Assembly (NCBI GenBank): GCA_049964795.1
Contig: JBMFWY010000005.1
Coordinates: 1-49,048 of the forward strand
From: Candidatus Micrarchaeia archaeon
GTDB lineage: Archaea; Micrarchaeota; Micrarchaeia; Micrarchaeales; Micrarchaeaceae
Reading direction: 5' to 3'
DNA length: 49,048 bases
Shown: in pieces, positions 36,026 to 45,470 of the stretch
Layout of the letters: the number at the start of each line of letters is the position of its first letter
Position numbering within the stretch: position 1 is the first letter of the stretch
The notes under the pieces: model-generated
Databases searched by the model: none
The model's input: the letters and a program-made list of their open reading frames with translations, nothing else
Told to the model about the DNA's origin: nothing
Made by a program: the position numbers and the translations under genes

Positions 36026-37651
36026 TCAATCGCCCGCGGTTTCGCTTTCGCCTTCCTGAACACTTTTGTCCTCTTGCTCTTCCTCCTCTTTGTCTAGCGC
36101 TTTTGGATAATGCTTTGTAACAAGCTTTTCCAAATCCTCCTTTATCTTGCGTTCGTCCATGCCTGTGAGGCTGCTGAGGTCTTTTGCAAGCTGGTTGGCA
36201 TACCTCATTATTGTCCTGTACTTGCTTTTATCTATGTTTGCAGAAACCTTCTCGCTTATGTAGCGCTGCACGCCTCTTGCGGCTTCCATAACCCCAAGCT
36301 TTATCTCGTCTATTATCTCGTCTTCCTGGGCTATGGCTTCCTTGCCGACGCCTGAATAGGGTATATATACAGAAGAAACATTAACTAGCACGCTTACAGG
36401 CTGGCTGTCTATATCTATTTTGTACCTTCTCCATTCTATGTCTTTTACTGCTTCGCTTATTGCGCAGCTTCCACTGTCAAAAAGGAGCGGCACCTTGTTT
36501 GCAAATCTTAGCACATTGCCTTGATAGCCCTCTTCTGTCTTCTTGCCAGCGCCTCCTCCAAATGCAACTGCGGCTTCCACTACAAATGGGACTCCCCCTC
36601 TGAAAACCTGCGGCTTTCTCCTTGTCACAGACATAAAGTCTGGCGCAAGTATGTTCTTCAGCGCTTTTTCTATCTGCTCCTTGCCTATAGGTATTATGTA
36701 TGATGCATCAGGTGCTATCCATTGCGTCTCCTTTATCGCCTTCACAAGTTCTTCCGCTTCTGCCCACGTCATGCTTCTCGGGTCTTTTTCAAAATCAACG
36801 CCTTTTGCTATATTTTTCAATTCGTTTACCTTATTCTGCGATGTTCTTGCAAATGTTTCAACCAGGAAGCTTGATATCTTCCTGCTCTGGCTCGTATGTG
36901 CAAAGTCAAGTATATCATTCGTAGAAAGCCCAAGAGGGTGTGGTTTTGTTGGTTTTGGTCTCTCCGGTATTGTGTCTATCGAGCGTAGGAAGACATACTC
37001 CTTGCCTTCTGGGTCAATAAGCTTTATTTGAGTATGGGGATTGGAGAGCGCTGTCCTCTTAAGATATTCATAAACTCCGTGATCGCTGTTCTCATACTTT
37101 ACATCAGCGAAATTGCCCTCAATGTAAAGCCCTCTTTTGTCGTTCTCCGTAGGTTCAACCTCTGTCATGTTGCTTACTACAGGCTTATTGTGCATTGTAT
37201 CTATTGAAACATCGCAGCTGAATATCTTGCCTTTGCCTGTATAAGATACCACCTTTATAGGCTTGCCTGTGGTTATCTGGGAGAAAAGGGTACAGCCTGC
37301 AGCACCAATTCCCTGTTGCCCGCGCTGCTGCATGTACCTGTGAAATTTTGTGCCTGCAAGTATTGTGGCAAGCGACTTGCCTACGTATGCTTTCGGTATG
37401 CCCGGTCCATTATCCCTTATGCCAACTTTATACGAATTTTCACTGAGCTTTGTTATTGTTACTGTTATATCTGGCAATATGCCTGCCTCCTCGCACGCAT
37501 CAAGTGAATTTGTAACATACTCGTGCACTACTGTCACAAGGGACCTTACAGGGCTCGAATAGCCCAGCATTTGCCTATTCTTTTTGAAAAATTCCGCAAT
37601 TGAGTGTTCCTTAAACTCCTTGAAAATTTCGTCAGCATTCAAAACGTCCAT
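36026..37651 (-). CDS. top6B: DNA topoisomerase VI subunit B
   Basis: SIAEFFKKNRQMLGY, EYVTNSLDACE, DNGPGIP, RGQQGIG, RFANKVPLLF. Confidence 0.97.
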   Translation of the reverse strand: MDVLNADEIFKEFKEHSIAEFFKKNRQMLGYSSPVRSLVTVVHEYVTNSLDACEEAGILPDITVTITKLSENSYKVGIRDNGPGIPKAYVGKSLATILAGTKFHRYMQQRGQQGIGAAGCTLFSQITTGKPIKVVSYTGKGKIFSCDVSIDTMHNKPVVSNMTEVEPTENDKRGLYIEGNFADVKYENSDHGVYEYLKRTALSNPHTQIKLIDPEGKEYVFLRSIDTIPERPKPTKPHPLGLSTNDILDFAHTSQSRKISSFLVETFARTSQNKVNELKNIAKGVDFEKDPRSMTWAEAEELVKAIKETQWIAPDASYIIPIGKEQIEKALKNILAPDFMSVTRRKPQVFRGGVPFVVEAAVAFGGGAGKKTEEGYQGNVLRFANKVPLLFDSGSCAISEAVKDIEWRRYKIDIDSQPVSVLVNVSSVYIPYSGVGKEAIAQEDEIIDEIKLGVMEAARGVQRYISEKVSANIDKSKYRTIMRYANQLAKDLSSLTGMDERKIKEDLEKLVTKHYPKALDKEEEEQEDKSVQEGESETAGD

Positions 37652-37708
37652 ATACAGCACCAGTCGCCAGTATTTACAAGCAGCAAACAGAATGAACCTA
37701 ATAACTTT

Positions 37709-38215
37709 TTATAAATTCTTGTTTTTCTTGTGTAGTGCTTCAAGCCTTTGGTACGCTTTTCTGTGCGAGCCGCCGTTTATTAAAGTCTTTATTGCCGCTT
37801 CAGCCTCGCTTATTGCTTCAACGTCCCCTATTATGCAAACGGTATCGCCATAAATGCTCACAAAGGCGGAACTTACTCTTTCTATATACCTCTTGGTTCT
37901 GCCGTTTTCTCCTATAACCCTGGCTTCGATGTCGTGCAGCCTTTCTTTGCTCTCAAATATTTGGCCAAGGTCTATCGTGCTGAGGTAATACTTGTCATTG
38001 AGCAGTCGCATCGCCTCTTTGACATTGAAGCCTCTTCCAAAGGCAAAAATTACCTCCCTTGCTACATATTCCCCGTATGCGTCTCCATTTATGTCTATGT
38101 AGTTTCCACTGCCAAAGCTTATCTCGCATTTGCACTCTTTTTCCAGCCGCTCGATCATAGGCCCCTCTTTTCTGAGCTTTGCGATCCTTTCTCTGGGTAT
38201 GTAAACCTGTTGCAT
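37709..38215 (-). CDS. KH-domain rRNA-processing protein (Dim2/Pno1/Krr1 family)
   Basis: AFGRGF, ARVIGENGRTK, LINGGSH..AY. Confidence 0.9.
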   Translation of the reverse strand: MQQVYIPRERIAKLRKEGPMIERLEKECKCEISFGSGNYIDINGDAYGEYVAREVIFAFGRGFNVKEAMRLLNDKYYLSTIDLGQIFESKERLHDIEARVIGENGRTKRYIERVSSAFVSIYGDTVCIIGDVEAISEAEAAIKTLINGGSHRKAYQRLEALHKKNKNL

Positions 38216-38475
38216 CTAATCCTCTTTAAATTCGCTAGCCTCTTTCCTAGTCTCCGTTCTTTCAAAATCAAACATGCCGCAAGGCTAAGCAGCAAAATCA
38301 AAATGCATATAAATGTGTAACATAAAAAATAATAAAGGATTGTATTGCAAAATTGTTAGCTTAACGAGAGCATTTTCATAATTTGCTTGGCTTCAGCAGG
38401 AATTTTTTTCCTTGCAATGCAATTTAATCTGCATAGTTCCGCTAATTTTGTTTAAAAGGGGCGCATTTGGAAACA

Positions 38476-38522
38476 TTTAAATATATATCTTATCATTATC
38501 CTATCGTGATTCTATCATGATA
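38476..38522 (+). promoter_or_regulatory. TATA box followed by three 11-bp-spaced TATCRTKAT boxes (putative operator)
   Basis: TTTAAATA at 38476; TATCATTAT 38491, TATCGTGAT 38502, TATCATGAT 38513. Confidence 0.6.
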
Positions 38523-38565
38523 CATCAAAAGACGTGTCATGAAGGCATCACGGCAGGCTGAAATT

Positions 38566-39117
38566 ATGCGATCAAAAAGCGAAATAGAAAAGGAGCTTAA
38601 GACCATAAAGAAGTACCTAAAGGAAGTTTCTGCGAATTCCAACGCTTCGAAAGATCTAATACTTCAGAATGAAAAGTCAAGCGAAACAAATTCAAATCTC
38701 TTCGCCTTGCTTAAATACATGATAGATGAAAACAAGAAGACTACGATGCTCCTAAAGGGAATAGCTGAGAGCATCGGAAAGCTGGAGGAGGCCATAAGCG
38801 CTCCTGTCGAAGAGGAGCAAAGCGGTGAAAACGAGATACATGCAATGCCTTCTGTAAATCTAAATCCTAAAGAGGTTCCACTTTCTGAATCGGATACAAA
38901 AATAATTCAGGCCATTCAACTTTCACCCCACAGCATGGCCTGCGCCGAAGACATCAAGGCAAAACTTGGTTATAAAGGAAAAAACGGAGCTTCGGCGCGG
39001 CTCAACAAGCTGTACAAAATGGGTCTTCTCGAGAGGTATCAGCTCGGCAAGAAGGTTTATTACAAATATGATGCTGGCAAGGCGACCAATACACTAATTA
39101 TATCACCTCCACAATAG
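38566..39117 (+). CDS. Coiled-coil plus C-terminal winged-helix DNA-binding protein
   Basis: LSESDTKIIQAI...AEDIKAKLGYKGKNGASARLNKLYKMGLLERYQLGKKVYY. Confidence 0.8.
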   Translation: MRSKSEIEKELKTIKKYLKEVSANSNASKDLILQNEKSSETNSNLFALLKYMIDENKKTTMLLKGIAESIGKLEEAISAPVEEEQSGENEIHAMPSVNLNPKEVPLSESDTKIIQAIQLSPHSMACAEDIKAKLGYKGKNGASARLNKLYKMGLLERYQLGKKVYYKYDAGKATNTLIISPPQ

Positions 39118-39150
39118 GGCAGACCTGCTTAGGCAGGTCTCCCATTTTTT
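39117..39150 (+). terminator. GC-rich hairpin plus T-tract
   Basis: AGACCTGC-TTAG-GCAGGTCT stem extended by GGG/CCC, followed by ATTTTTT. Confidence 0.65.
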
Positions 39151-39243
39151 GCTTGCCTAGCGGTAGCTAGAGAATTCAGGCGTGCACGAAAAAGCTAAAA
39201 TACCTTGCCTGTATTCTTATATGCGATTTACATGGAGAGCGCT

Positions 39244-40680
39244 ATGAGTGAAGAAGAAAAGGCAGGCCTTAAGGCTTTATTTGACAGTTTCCCTTATTCA
39301 TACAGCATTACTAGCACTACATCTTCTATAAAGGAGGATTACGCAAAGCACGAAGGGAAACAAGTTTCAATAGCAGGGCGCATATTGGCAATACGGCGCT
39401 CTGGAAAGCTCCTATTCATGGACCTGCTTGATTCTACCGGCAAAATACAATGCTACTTCGATTATTCCGTGCTAGGCGAAGATTCTTTTGCAAAAGCAAA
39501 GTCTATGAACCTTGGCGACATAATCGGCGTCGAAGGCGCGGTATTCAAGACAAAACCCGGCGAGATAAGCGTAAATGTCAATAAGTATCAGCTTCTTAGC
39601 AAGGCTTTGAGGCAACTTCCTAGCGAATGGTACGGCTTAAAGGACACTGAGCTAAGGTACAGGAAGCGCTATCTGGACCTGATACTCAATAGCCAAACCA
39701 GAAAAATATTCCTCGCAAGAAGCGCAATCCTTAAAGGCATACGCGAGTTTATGGATAGCAGGGGCTTCACAGAGTTTGAAACCCCAATAATACAGCCGCT
39801 GTACGGGGGAGGCGACGCTGAGCCTTTCAAGACTTTTGTGAATACCCTCAACGAGGAGGATTATCTGCGAATATCCGACGAGCTTTACCTTAAAAGGCTT
39901 ATAATTGGCGGATTTGACAAAGTGTATGAAATATGTAAGGATTTCAGGAACGAAGACCTAGACAGCGAGCACAGCCCAGAGTTCACAATGATCGAGTGGT
40001 ATCAAGCCTATGCTGATTACAACGACATGATGTCATTGATAGAGGATTTGCTTATCTATCTTGCCAAGAAGGTTAACGGCTCAGAAAAATTCACATTTAA
40101 TGGAAAAGAGATATCCTTTTCTAAGCCTTTCAAGCGCATAGGTTATGTGGACAGCATAAACGAAAAGGTTGGGGTTGATGTGCTTTCGCTAGGGGACGAA
40201 GAACTATTCAAGCTTGTCGAGTCAAAAGGGATAAAGCTCGAAAAGAGCAAGAGGCACAGGGCCCATGCTTATGACAGGCTTTTCAGCGTCCTTGTGCAAC
40301 CAGAATTGATACAGCCTACTTTTGCGTTGGACTATCCGAGGGAGACCTCTCCATTGACAAGGCCTAAGCGCGGAAATCCAAAGCTCGTGGAAAGATTTGA
40401 GCTGTTTATAGGAGGCATGGAAGTAGGCAATTCCTACTCCGAGCTCAACAATCCCGTAATTCAACGCGAAAATTTCGAGGCGGAAATTGAAAAAAGCAAG
40501 AAAGGGGACAAAGAAGCTGAGCCTATGGATCTTGACTTCTTGGAAGCCATGGAATATGGAATGCCCCCAACAGGAGGGCTTGGTATGGGTATAGATAGGA
40601 TTGTTATGCTGCTTACAAACCAGAGCTCAATAAAAGAAGTTATCCTGTTTCCAATGGAGAAGAGGGAAGGCGTAAAATGA
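39244..40680 (+). CDS. lysS: Lysyl-tRNA synthetase, class II
   Basis: OB fold, RYRKRYLDL, YLRISDELYLKRLIIGG, FRNE, ERFELF, YGMPPTGGLGMGIDR. Confidence 0.97.
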   Translation: MSEEEKAGLKALFDSFPYSYSITSTTSSIKEDYAKHEGKQVSIAGRILAIRRSGKLLFMDLLDSTGKIQCYFDYSVLGEDSFAKAKSMNLGDIIGVEGAVFKTKPGEISVNVNKYQLLSKALRQLPSEWYGLKDTELRYRKRYLDLILNSQTRKIFLARSAILKGIREFMDSRGFTEFETPIIQPLYGGGDAEPFKTFVNTLNEEDYLRISDELYLKRLIIGGFDKVYEICKDFRNEDLDSEHSPEFTMIEWYQAYADYNDMMSLIEDLLIYLAKKVNGSEKFTFNGKEISFSKPFKRIGYVDSINEKVGVDVLSLGDEELFKLVESKGIKLEKSKRHRAHAYDRLFSVLVQPELIQPTFALDYPRETSPLTRPKRGNPKLVERFELFIGGMEVGNSYSELNNPVIQRENFEAEIEKSKKGDKEAEPMDLDFLEAMEYGMPPTGGLGMGIDRIVMLLTNQSSIKEVILFPMEKREGVK

Positions 40681-40712
40681 ATTGCGGATTTAGGAAGCGC
40701 AGCATGCCTTTA

Positions 40713-41687
40713 TTATTTGCCATTTTTTGCGATTTTATTGATCAGCCTCTTCAGCTTTCTAAAATCCTCCTCTATTATAGGCATATTCTTCTTTATCCTC
40801 ACTGCAGCAGCCGGATGCAACGTAATGAAGTAAAATGTTCCATTGCGCCTTATTACCTCACCATGATGCGCCATTATTTTTCCTTTGCCTATAATCTCCT
40901 GGGCAGCGATATTGCCAAGCAGTATTATCAATCTCGGTTTTATTACTTTCATTTGTTTAATTAAAAATTTCTTGCATGATTCTATCTCCCAGTTGCTTGG
41001 CGCCCTGTTTTTAGGTGGAAAAAACTGCACGACGCTTGTCACATATGCTTCTCTTCTCTTTATGTCGGCAATGTCAAGCAAATGGTCAAGCAGTTTTCCG
41101 CTTCTTCCTATGAAAGGCCTGCCCTCCTTGTCCTCGGTATCCCCCGGAGCCTGGCCTATTATTGCAATTTTTGCATTTGCCGGACCCTCTCCTTCTACCA
41201 GCCTCTTGCTCAAATCCCAATCCTTGTAGCGCTTCGGAAGCTTCCTATACTCTATGTTCATTTTTTCGAGCTTGTCTCTCCTTTTTATGTAATCAAAGGC
41301 ATCTTTTATCAGTTCACGCGTATTGCGGAATTTTACAAGCTTCATAGCGCTATTGTAATCCAGCCAGATATATCCTGTATGCTCCTTGGAAATCTTTACT
41401 TTGGCATTCTTCGGCACTTCAGCAATAAAGAATGTAACCTCCTTCTTTATCTTTTCCCCATTGAAATAAAACCAGTACGAAAGCCTGTATCTGTAAAAAG
41501 GGTCTAATTTAACCTTTAACCCGCTTTCTTCACCTGCTTCCCTTACTGCTGCCTGTTCAACGCTTTCGCCTTTTTCTATGTGTCCTTTCGGCAAGTCCAA
41601 GAAGCCCTCCTTCCTATTAAGGAATAGGAATTTGTAATTTGTGCCGCGTTTGAAGATTACCACTCCTCCATCGAATTCAAATTTCAT
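40713..41687 (-). CDS. Nudix hydrolase (Ap4A-hydrolase-like) fused to a family-4-like uracil-DNA glycosylase
   Basis: Nudix box GHIEKGESVEQAAVREAGEESGL; UDG motifs GQAPG..ED.EGRPFIGRSG and LHPAA. Confidence 0.88.
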   Translation of the reverse strand: MKFEFDGGVVIFKRGTNYKFLFLNRKEGFLDLPKGHIEKGESVEQAAVREAGEESGLKVKLDPFYRYRLSYWFYFNGEKIKKEVTFFIAEVPKNAKVKISKEHTGYIWLDYNSAMKLVKFRNTRELIKDAFDYIKRRDKLEKMNIEYRKLPKRYKDWDLSKRLVEGEGPANAKIAIIGQAPGDTEDKEGRPFIGRSGKLLDHLLDIADIKRREAYVTSVVQFFPPKNRAPSNWEIESCKKFLIKQMKVIKPRLIILLGNIAAQEIIGKGKIMAHHGEVIRRNGTFYFITLHPAAAVRIKKNMPIIEEDFRKLKRLINKIAKNGK

Positions 41688-41709
41688 CTTACTACCTTGC
41701 GTACCTTTA

Positions 41710-43242
41710 CTAATTGTTTTCAGCCGCAGAAATGCTCAAGCACATCATCTTCTGCGGGCCAGAAAACCTTCCATTCATGAAGTTGTAAGCTTCCGACTCT
41801 ATTCTATTTATGATTCCCGTGCTGGGAATGCAGCCTGCTGCTATATTTTCAGTGCTCCCATTGAGTTTGTAGAACGTTTCATAGCCTATTACGCTCCAGT
41901 TTCCATTTAGCTGCTTGTAAGGAAGGAGAAAATAATTTATATAGAATGTGACGCCGCTGGAATTTATGAATGCGCTGTTAAGGGTTATGCCGTCGTTCAG
42001 CACCACGGAATAAGAGTTTTCAACGCTTGTGTAATTTGCGAGCATGCCATATTGGATTGCCCTTCCTTCGCGCTTTGCTATTATATAGATAGGCTTAGTC
42101 CTATTAAACGTCTGGTTGCTCAATGCAATTATAGCAGAGTAGTTATTGGATTCCAGGACGCTAATGTTCATATGTGCTGTTTCAAGCGGTGCAATAATGG
42201 ACTTGTACAGGCTTAGCATGTTGCCCTGCTGCGTCGTGTTTATTGATAGCAACGGCATGTAAATCGAGCTTTGGTAAGGCACTGTGATCAAGAATCCTAT
42301 AATTCCTATCCCAAGTGCGATTGCGGCATTCTTCGAGATATGCACTTTTGCAGCTCCTCCATCTCTATGAATATGCGGCTCTTTTTTATGCTCCCTTATG
42401 TTCCATATGCTAAGCCCAAATTTGCCTGCAATTAGGAGCATTACAATTATCGCAATGTAAAAAAGTATCTGGCCTACAAAAAGATGGAAAGTTGCAACCG
42501 CACTGTTTATTCCATAATAAACCCATATGCTCGCTATGCTAAAAACGCGTATTATGTTTAACACAAAGAACAATGCAATACCGCTGACCAACCAATAAAG
42601 TTTCCTTGTTTTTGGCCCTTCATAAAAATAAGCTATTGGTATTAGAAACATAGCAAGGGCTATGAAAGCTCCCAAATCAGCGCATGTAGAAGCTATAGAT
42701 ATGCTGTAGGAGGAAGGTGCCAGTATAGTAAGGCCTGCCTTTGATACAGGTTCTCCTACAAGTTTCATTATCCAATAAGTCAAATTTGCTACAGAGTCCA
42801 CAAATCTAGAGTTCATCTCTATTAATGGTAGCAGCACCGCAGGCGAGGCAAACACAGAATAAACAAGCTGCTTTTTTAATTTCCTCGCGCCTTCCACTCC
42901 AAAAATTGCTATAATAATCCCCAGCAGCAGCAGTGGAAGCAAAAGTGCGTCTACTCTGTAAACATAAAAGACGAATGACATAAGCAGTCTAAGATATGAC
43001 ACTATCAAAAAGTAAGCGAACACCGCTACAAGGCCTATTGCAAAGTCTCTGGTGCGATTAGTCATACTGATATCTTCCTTTATACCGAAAGCCAGCATGA
43101 CAAACAACATCAGTAATACTACTATCATGTAAGTTGTCGGGTTATAATCTTGTATGGTAAAGCTTGTCCTGTAAATAACATTGAAGCTGCCTATAAAAAA
43201 GGCTGTCAGCAAGAGCAGTATCCCAATAGTTTTGCTTTTCAT
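41710..43242 (-). CDS. Exosortase/archaeosortase-family protein with extracellular C-terminal domain
   Basis: About 8 TM; Cys (IASTCA), Arg (LNIIRV), His (TFHLF) in the expected order and spacing. Confidence 0.75.
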   Translation of the reverse strand: MKSKTIGILLLLTAFFIGSFNVIYRTSFTIQDYNPTTYMIVVLLMLFVMLAFGIKEDISMTNRTRDFAIGLVAVFAYFLIVSYLRLLMSFVFYVYRVDALLLPLLLLGIIIAIFGVEGARKLKKQLVYSVFASPAVLLPLIEMNSRFVDSVANLTYWIMKLVGEPVSKAGLTILAPSSYSISIASTCADLGAFIALAMFLIPIAYFYEGPKTRKLYWLVSGIALFFVLNIIRVFSIASIWVYYGINSAVATFHLFVGQILFYIAIIVMLLIAGKFGLSIWNIREHKKEPHIHRDGGAAKVHISKNAAIALGIGIIGFLITVPYQSSIYMPLLSINTTQQGNMLSLYKSIIAPLETAHMNISVLESNNYSAIIALSNQTFNRTKPIYIIAKREGRAIQYGMLANYTSVENSYSVVLNDGITLNSAFINSSGVTFYINYFLLPYKQLNGNWSVIGYETFYKLNGSTENIAAGCIPSTGIINRIESEAYNFMNGRFSGPQKMMCLSISAAENN

Positions 43243-43401
43243 CAAACCAACTCTACAAAACAAATTCGTCCTCAACCGATATGGACAATCATCACTTTTC
43301 AGTAGTTACTCTTTTTATCATCGGACATATCTCTTTTTAAGATAATCTTATTAACCCTTCTTTTGCTGATATAAGTGTAGCAAGCTTGCACGGTGCGTCT
43401 T

Positions 43402-43836
43402 TTGCTAAGATTCAAATATCTAAATCACACTGCCGACGTGGAATTTATAGCTTACGGAAGCAATCTTGCTACTGTAATACATAATGCGTTAAGTGCGCTT
43501 TTCAACACAATAGCGTATTCAGAAAAGATTTCTCACTTACCTTCGAAAAGCACCAGGGTAAATATATCTATAACTTCTGATAGCGTAGAAGATCTGCTGT
43601 GGGAAACACTGCAACGTGCCCTCTCAATAGGGGACGCTAGAGGAATATTCTTCTATAACGTGCTCTCTCCAAAAGCGGAGGCGATGAATGGGAAGTACCA
43701 TTTTACCGCAGTGCTTTTGGGCAAAAGGGCAAAGCCAGAAATGTCGAAGCTGGAGGTAAAAGGAGTTTCAAAGTACAATTTATCTATACGCAAGTCCGGA
43801 AAAAGGATTGCCGCGGATGTGGTAGTGGACGTGTAA
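43402..43836 (+). CDS. Archease (RtcB tRNA-ligase cofactor)
   Basis: FKYLNHTADV...EVKGVS...VVVDV; TTG 43402 follows GGTG. Confidence 0.92.
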   Translation: MLRFKYLNHTADVEFIAYGSNLATVIHNALSALFNTIAYSEKISHLPSKSTRVNISITSDSVEDLLWETLQRALSIGDARGIFFYNVLSPKAEAMNGKYHFTAVLLGKRAKPEMSKLEVKGVSKYNLSIRKSGKRIAADVVVDV

Positions 43837-43873
43837 TTCGCCACATGCTGCACTTTGAGTCATTAAAGATAAA

Positions 43874-43958
43874 AGCCAGGAAGGGGATTTTCGCGGAAAG
43901 TGTCGAACCCCTCTATGCCGCTCTGCAGGCGGCCGCATAGCTGATCTGCCATCCTGGC
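43874..43958 (-). tRNA. tRNA-Cys(GCA) with 14-nt intron in the T-loop (position 59/60; 43888-43901)
   Basis: GCCAGGA/TCCTGGC acceptor, GCCGC-CT GCA GA-GCGGC, U discriminator; bulge-helix-bulge TTCG/CGAA with ACA and AAT bulges restores T-loop TTCGACT. Confidence 0.9.
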
Positions 43959-44043
43959 TTTCATAGAATTTTTATTCGCATAGCTATTTATTTCTTATAT
44001 GCGATTAACTTTTGCAGCAATTCAATTTTGAAGGCGTAGTAGG

Positions 44044-44658
44044 ATGAAAGTGCTGACTTTGGATGATGGAAAGGCCCTTGTGAAGGCAGCAAGAAGCGCG
44101 GTAGAGCTCCATATAAAAAATCCGCATTTTGACAAGCACATAGTAATAAACTCAATAAAGCACATAACAACAGACAAATATGGCGTTTTCGTTACTATAG
44201 AATACTTTCCTACAAAGACCCTCCGCGGCTGTATAGGTTTTCCACACCCCCGCGGGGCGCTTAGCCAAAGCGTTGTTGATGCAGCAATCTCGGCAGCAAC
44301 TGAAGACCCTAGATTCGTCCCTGTGTCACATTATGAGTTAGACGAGCTTACTTTCGAGGTTAGCGTGCTTTCAGAGCCTGTATCTCTAGGCAGAAGCGAA
44401 GCTGCAAGGCTTCGCGGCATAAAAATAGGCAGGGACGGGCTTATGATTGAATATGGATTCTACTCAGGGTTGCTTTTGCCTATAGTTGCAGTCGAAGAGA
44501 AATGGGGCAAACTCAAGTTCCTAGAAGAAGTCTGCTTAAAAGCAGGATTGCCCAAGGAATATTGGAAGCAGCCTAACGTAAACCTATATAAATTCGAGAC
44601 TCAAGTATTTAGAGAAGAATCGCCAAACGGAAATATAGTTGAAGTAAAGCTTGAATAG
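44044..44658 (+). CDS. AMMECR1-domain protein
   Basis: GVFVTI, LRGCIG, AATEDPRF, EVSVLS, GLLLP.VA.E, CLKAG. Confidence 0.95.
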   Translation: MKVLTLDDGKALVKAARSAVELHIKNPHFDKHIVINSIKHITTDKYGVFVTIEYFPTKTLRGCIGFPHPRGALSQSVVDAAISAATEDPRFVPVSHYELDELTFEVSVLSEPVSLGRSEAARLRGIKIGRDGLMIEYGFYSGLLLPIVAVEEKWGKLKFLEEVCLKAGLPKEYWKQPNVNLYKFETQVFREESPNGNIVEVKLE

Positions 44659-44666
44659 CAGTTTTT

Positions 44667-44767
44667 GGGCTCGTAGCTTAGCCTGGTTGGAGCGCCCGAC
44701 TGATAATTGCATACAAATTTGCAATTCTGAAATCGGGAGGTCCGGAGTTCAAATCTCCGCGGGCCCA
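44667..44767 (+). tRNA. tRNA-Ile(GAT) with 26-nt intron at 37/38 (44706-44731)
   Basis: GGGCTCG/CGGGCCC, CCCGA-CT GAT A^A-TCGGG, intron hairpin ATTGCA/TGCAAT, CGGAG-TTCAAAT-CTCCG. Confidence 0.92.
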
Positions 44768-45466
44768 TTAACCCTCTATTATCCTCTTCATCTCTCTAGC
44801 GTTATCAAGCATGTCATGGTCGTTATTAAAAAGTATGTATGCTTTTTTAGGGTTTGCCTGCTTAATATTGAGTGCTATGCTTTTCAGCTCCTTTTTCGAG
44901 TATCTGTACGAATACCAGATTCTTCTGCCATGTATCCTCTCATATACTACTCCATTGGCATTGAATATTCTGCGTGGCAATTCGGGGGCATCTATGCTTA
45001 CTATTGTAGTATTTAGCCCTTCCAGCTTGTCATAATTCTCAAACCAGTCAATATTTCTTGCTTCAACTGCGGCTTTCTCTTCTATTCCTGCATTTTTTAT
45101 GAATTCGCGTATCTTTTCATTCATTGAAGATTTGATAAAAGGTGGCAGCTGAAACAGATAAAAATCAATGAACGGTTCGAGTGGCTCAAACAGCTTTGAG
45201 AATTTATTCCATGCACTTAGCGCTTTTGGCCCAAATTTATATACATGCGTTATCAGCCTGTTTGCCTTTATTATCCATCTGAAGTCTTTACTGTATTCTT
45301 CTGTTTTCTTCTTCCAGTTTTCTATCTGGTTTGTGAACGGGAATCTGTAAAATGAGGCGTTAAGCTCCAGGCAGTCAAGTTTCGATTCCTTGAGGTACCA
45401 TTCCAAGCCGTCAGGATTCCAGGGATAGGCAAATCCAGAAGTCCCTACTCTTACCTTAATAGCCAT
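44768..45466 (-). CDS. DUF72 (YecE-like TIM barrel) protein
   Basis: VGTSGF.Y, ELNASFYR, LFQLPP, VEARN..W, Y.RIHG, ILFNND. Confidence 0.93.
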   Translation of the reverse strand: MAIKVRVGTSGFAYPWNPDGLEWYLKESKLDCLELNASFYRFPFTNQIENWKKKTEEYSKDFRWIIKANRLITHVYKFGPKALSAWNKFSKLFEPLEPFIDFYLFQLPPFIKSSMNEKIREFIKNAGIEEKAAVEARNIDWFENYDKLEGLNTTIVSIDAPELPRRIFNANGVVYERIHGRRIWYSYRYSKKELKSIALNIKQANPKKAYILFNNDHDMLDNAREMKRIIEG

Positions 45467-45470
45467 GTGT

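Noticed and set aside
290-44768. 15-bp direct repeat TCTCCGCGGGCCCAT at ~290-304 and ~44754-44768, resembling attL/attR of a 44-kb element
   Set aside because: Both copies are 3' ends of complete, different tRNAs (Val, Ile); the interval holds core genes and no integrase
44651-45016. 121-aa ORF
   Set aside because: Reads through tRNA-Ile and is antisense to DUF72
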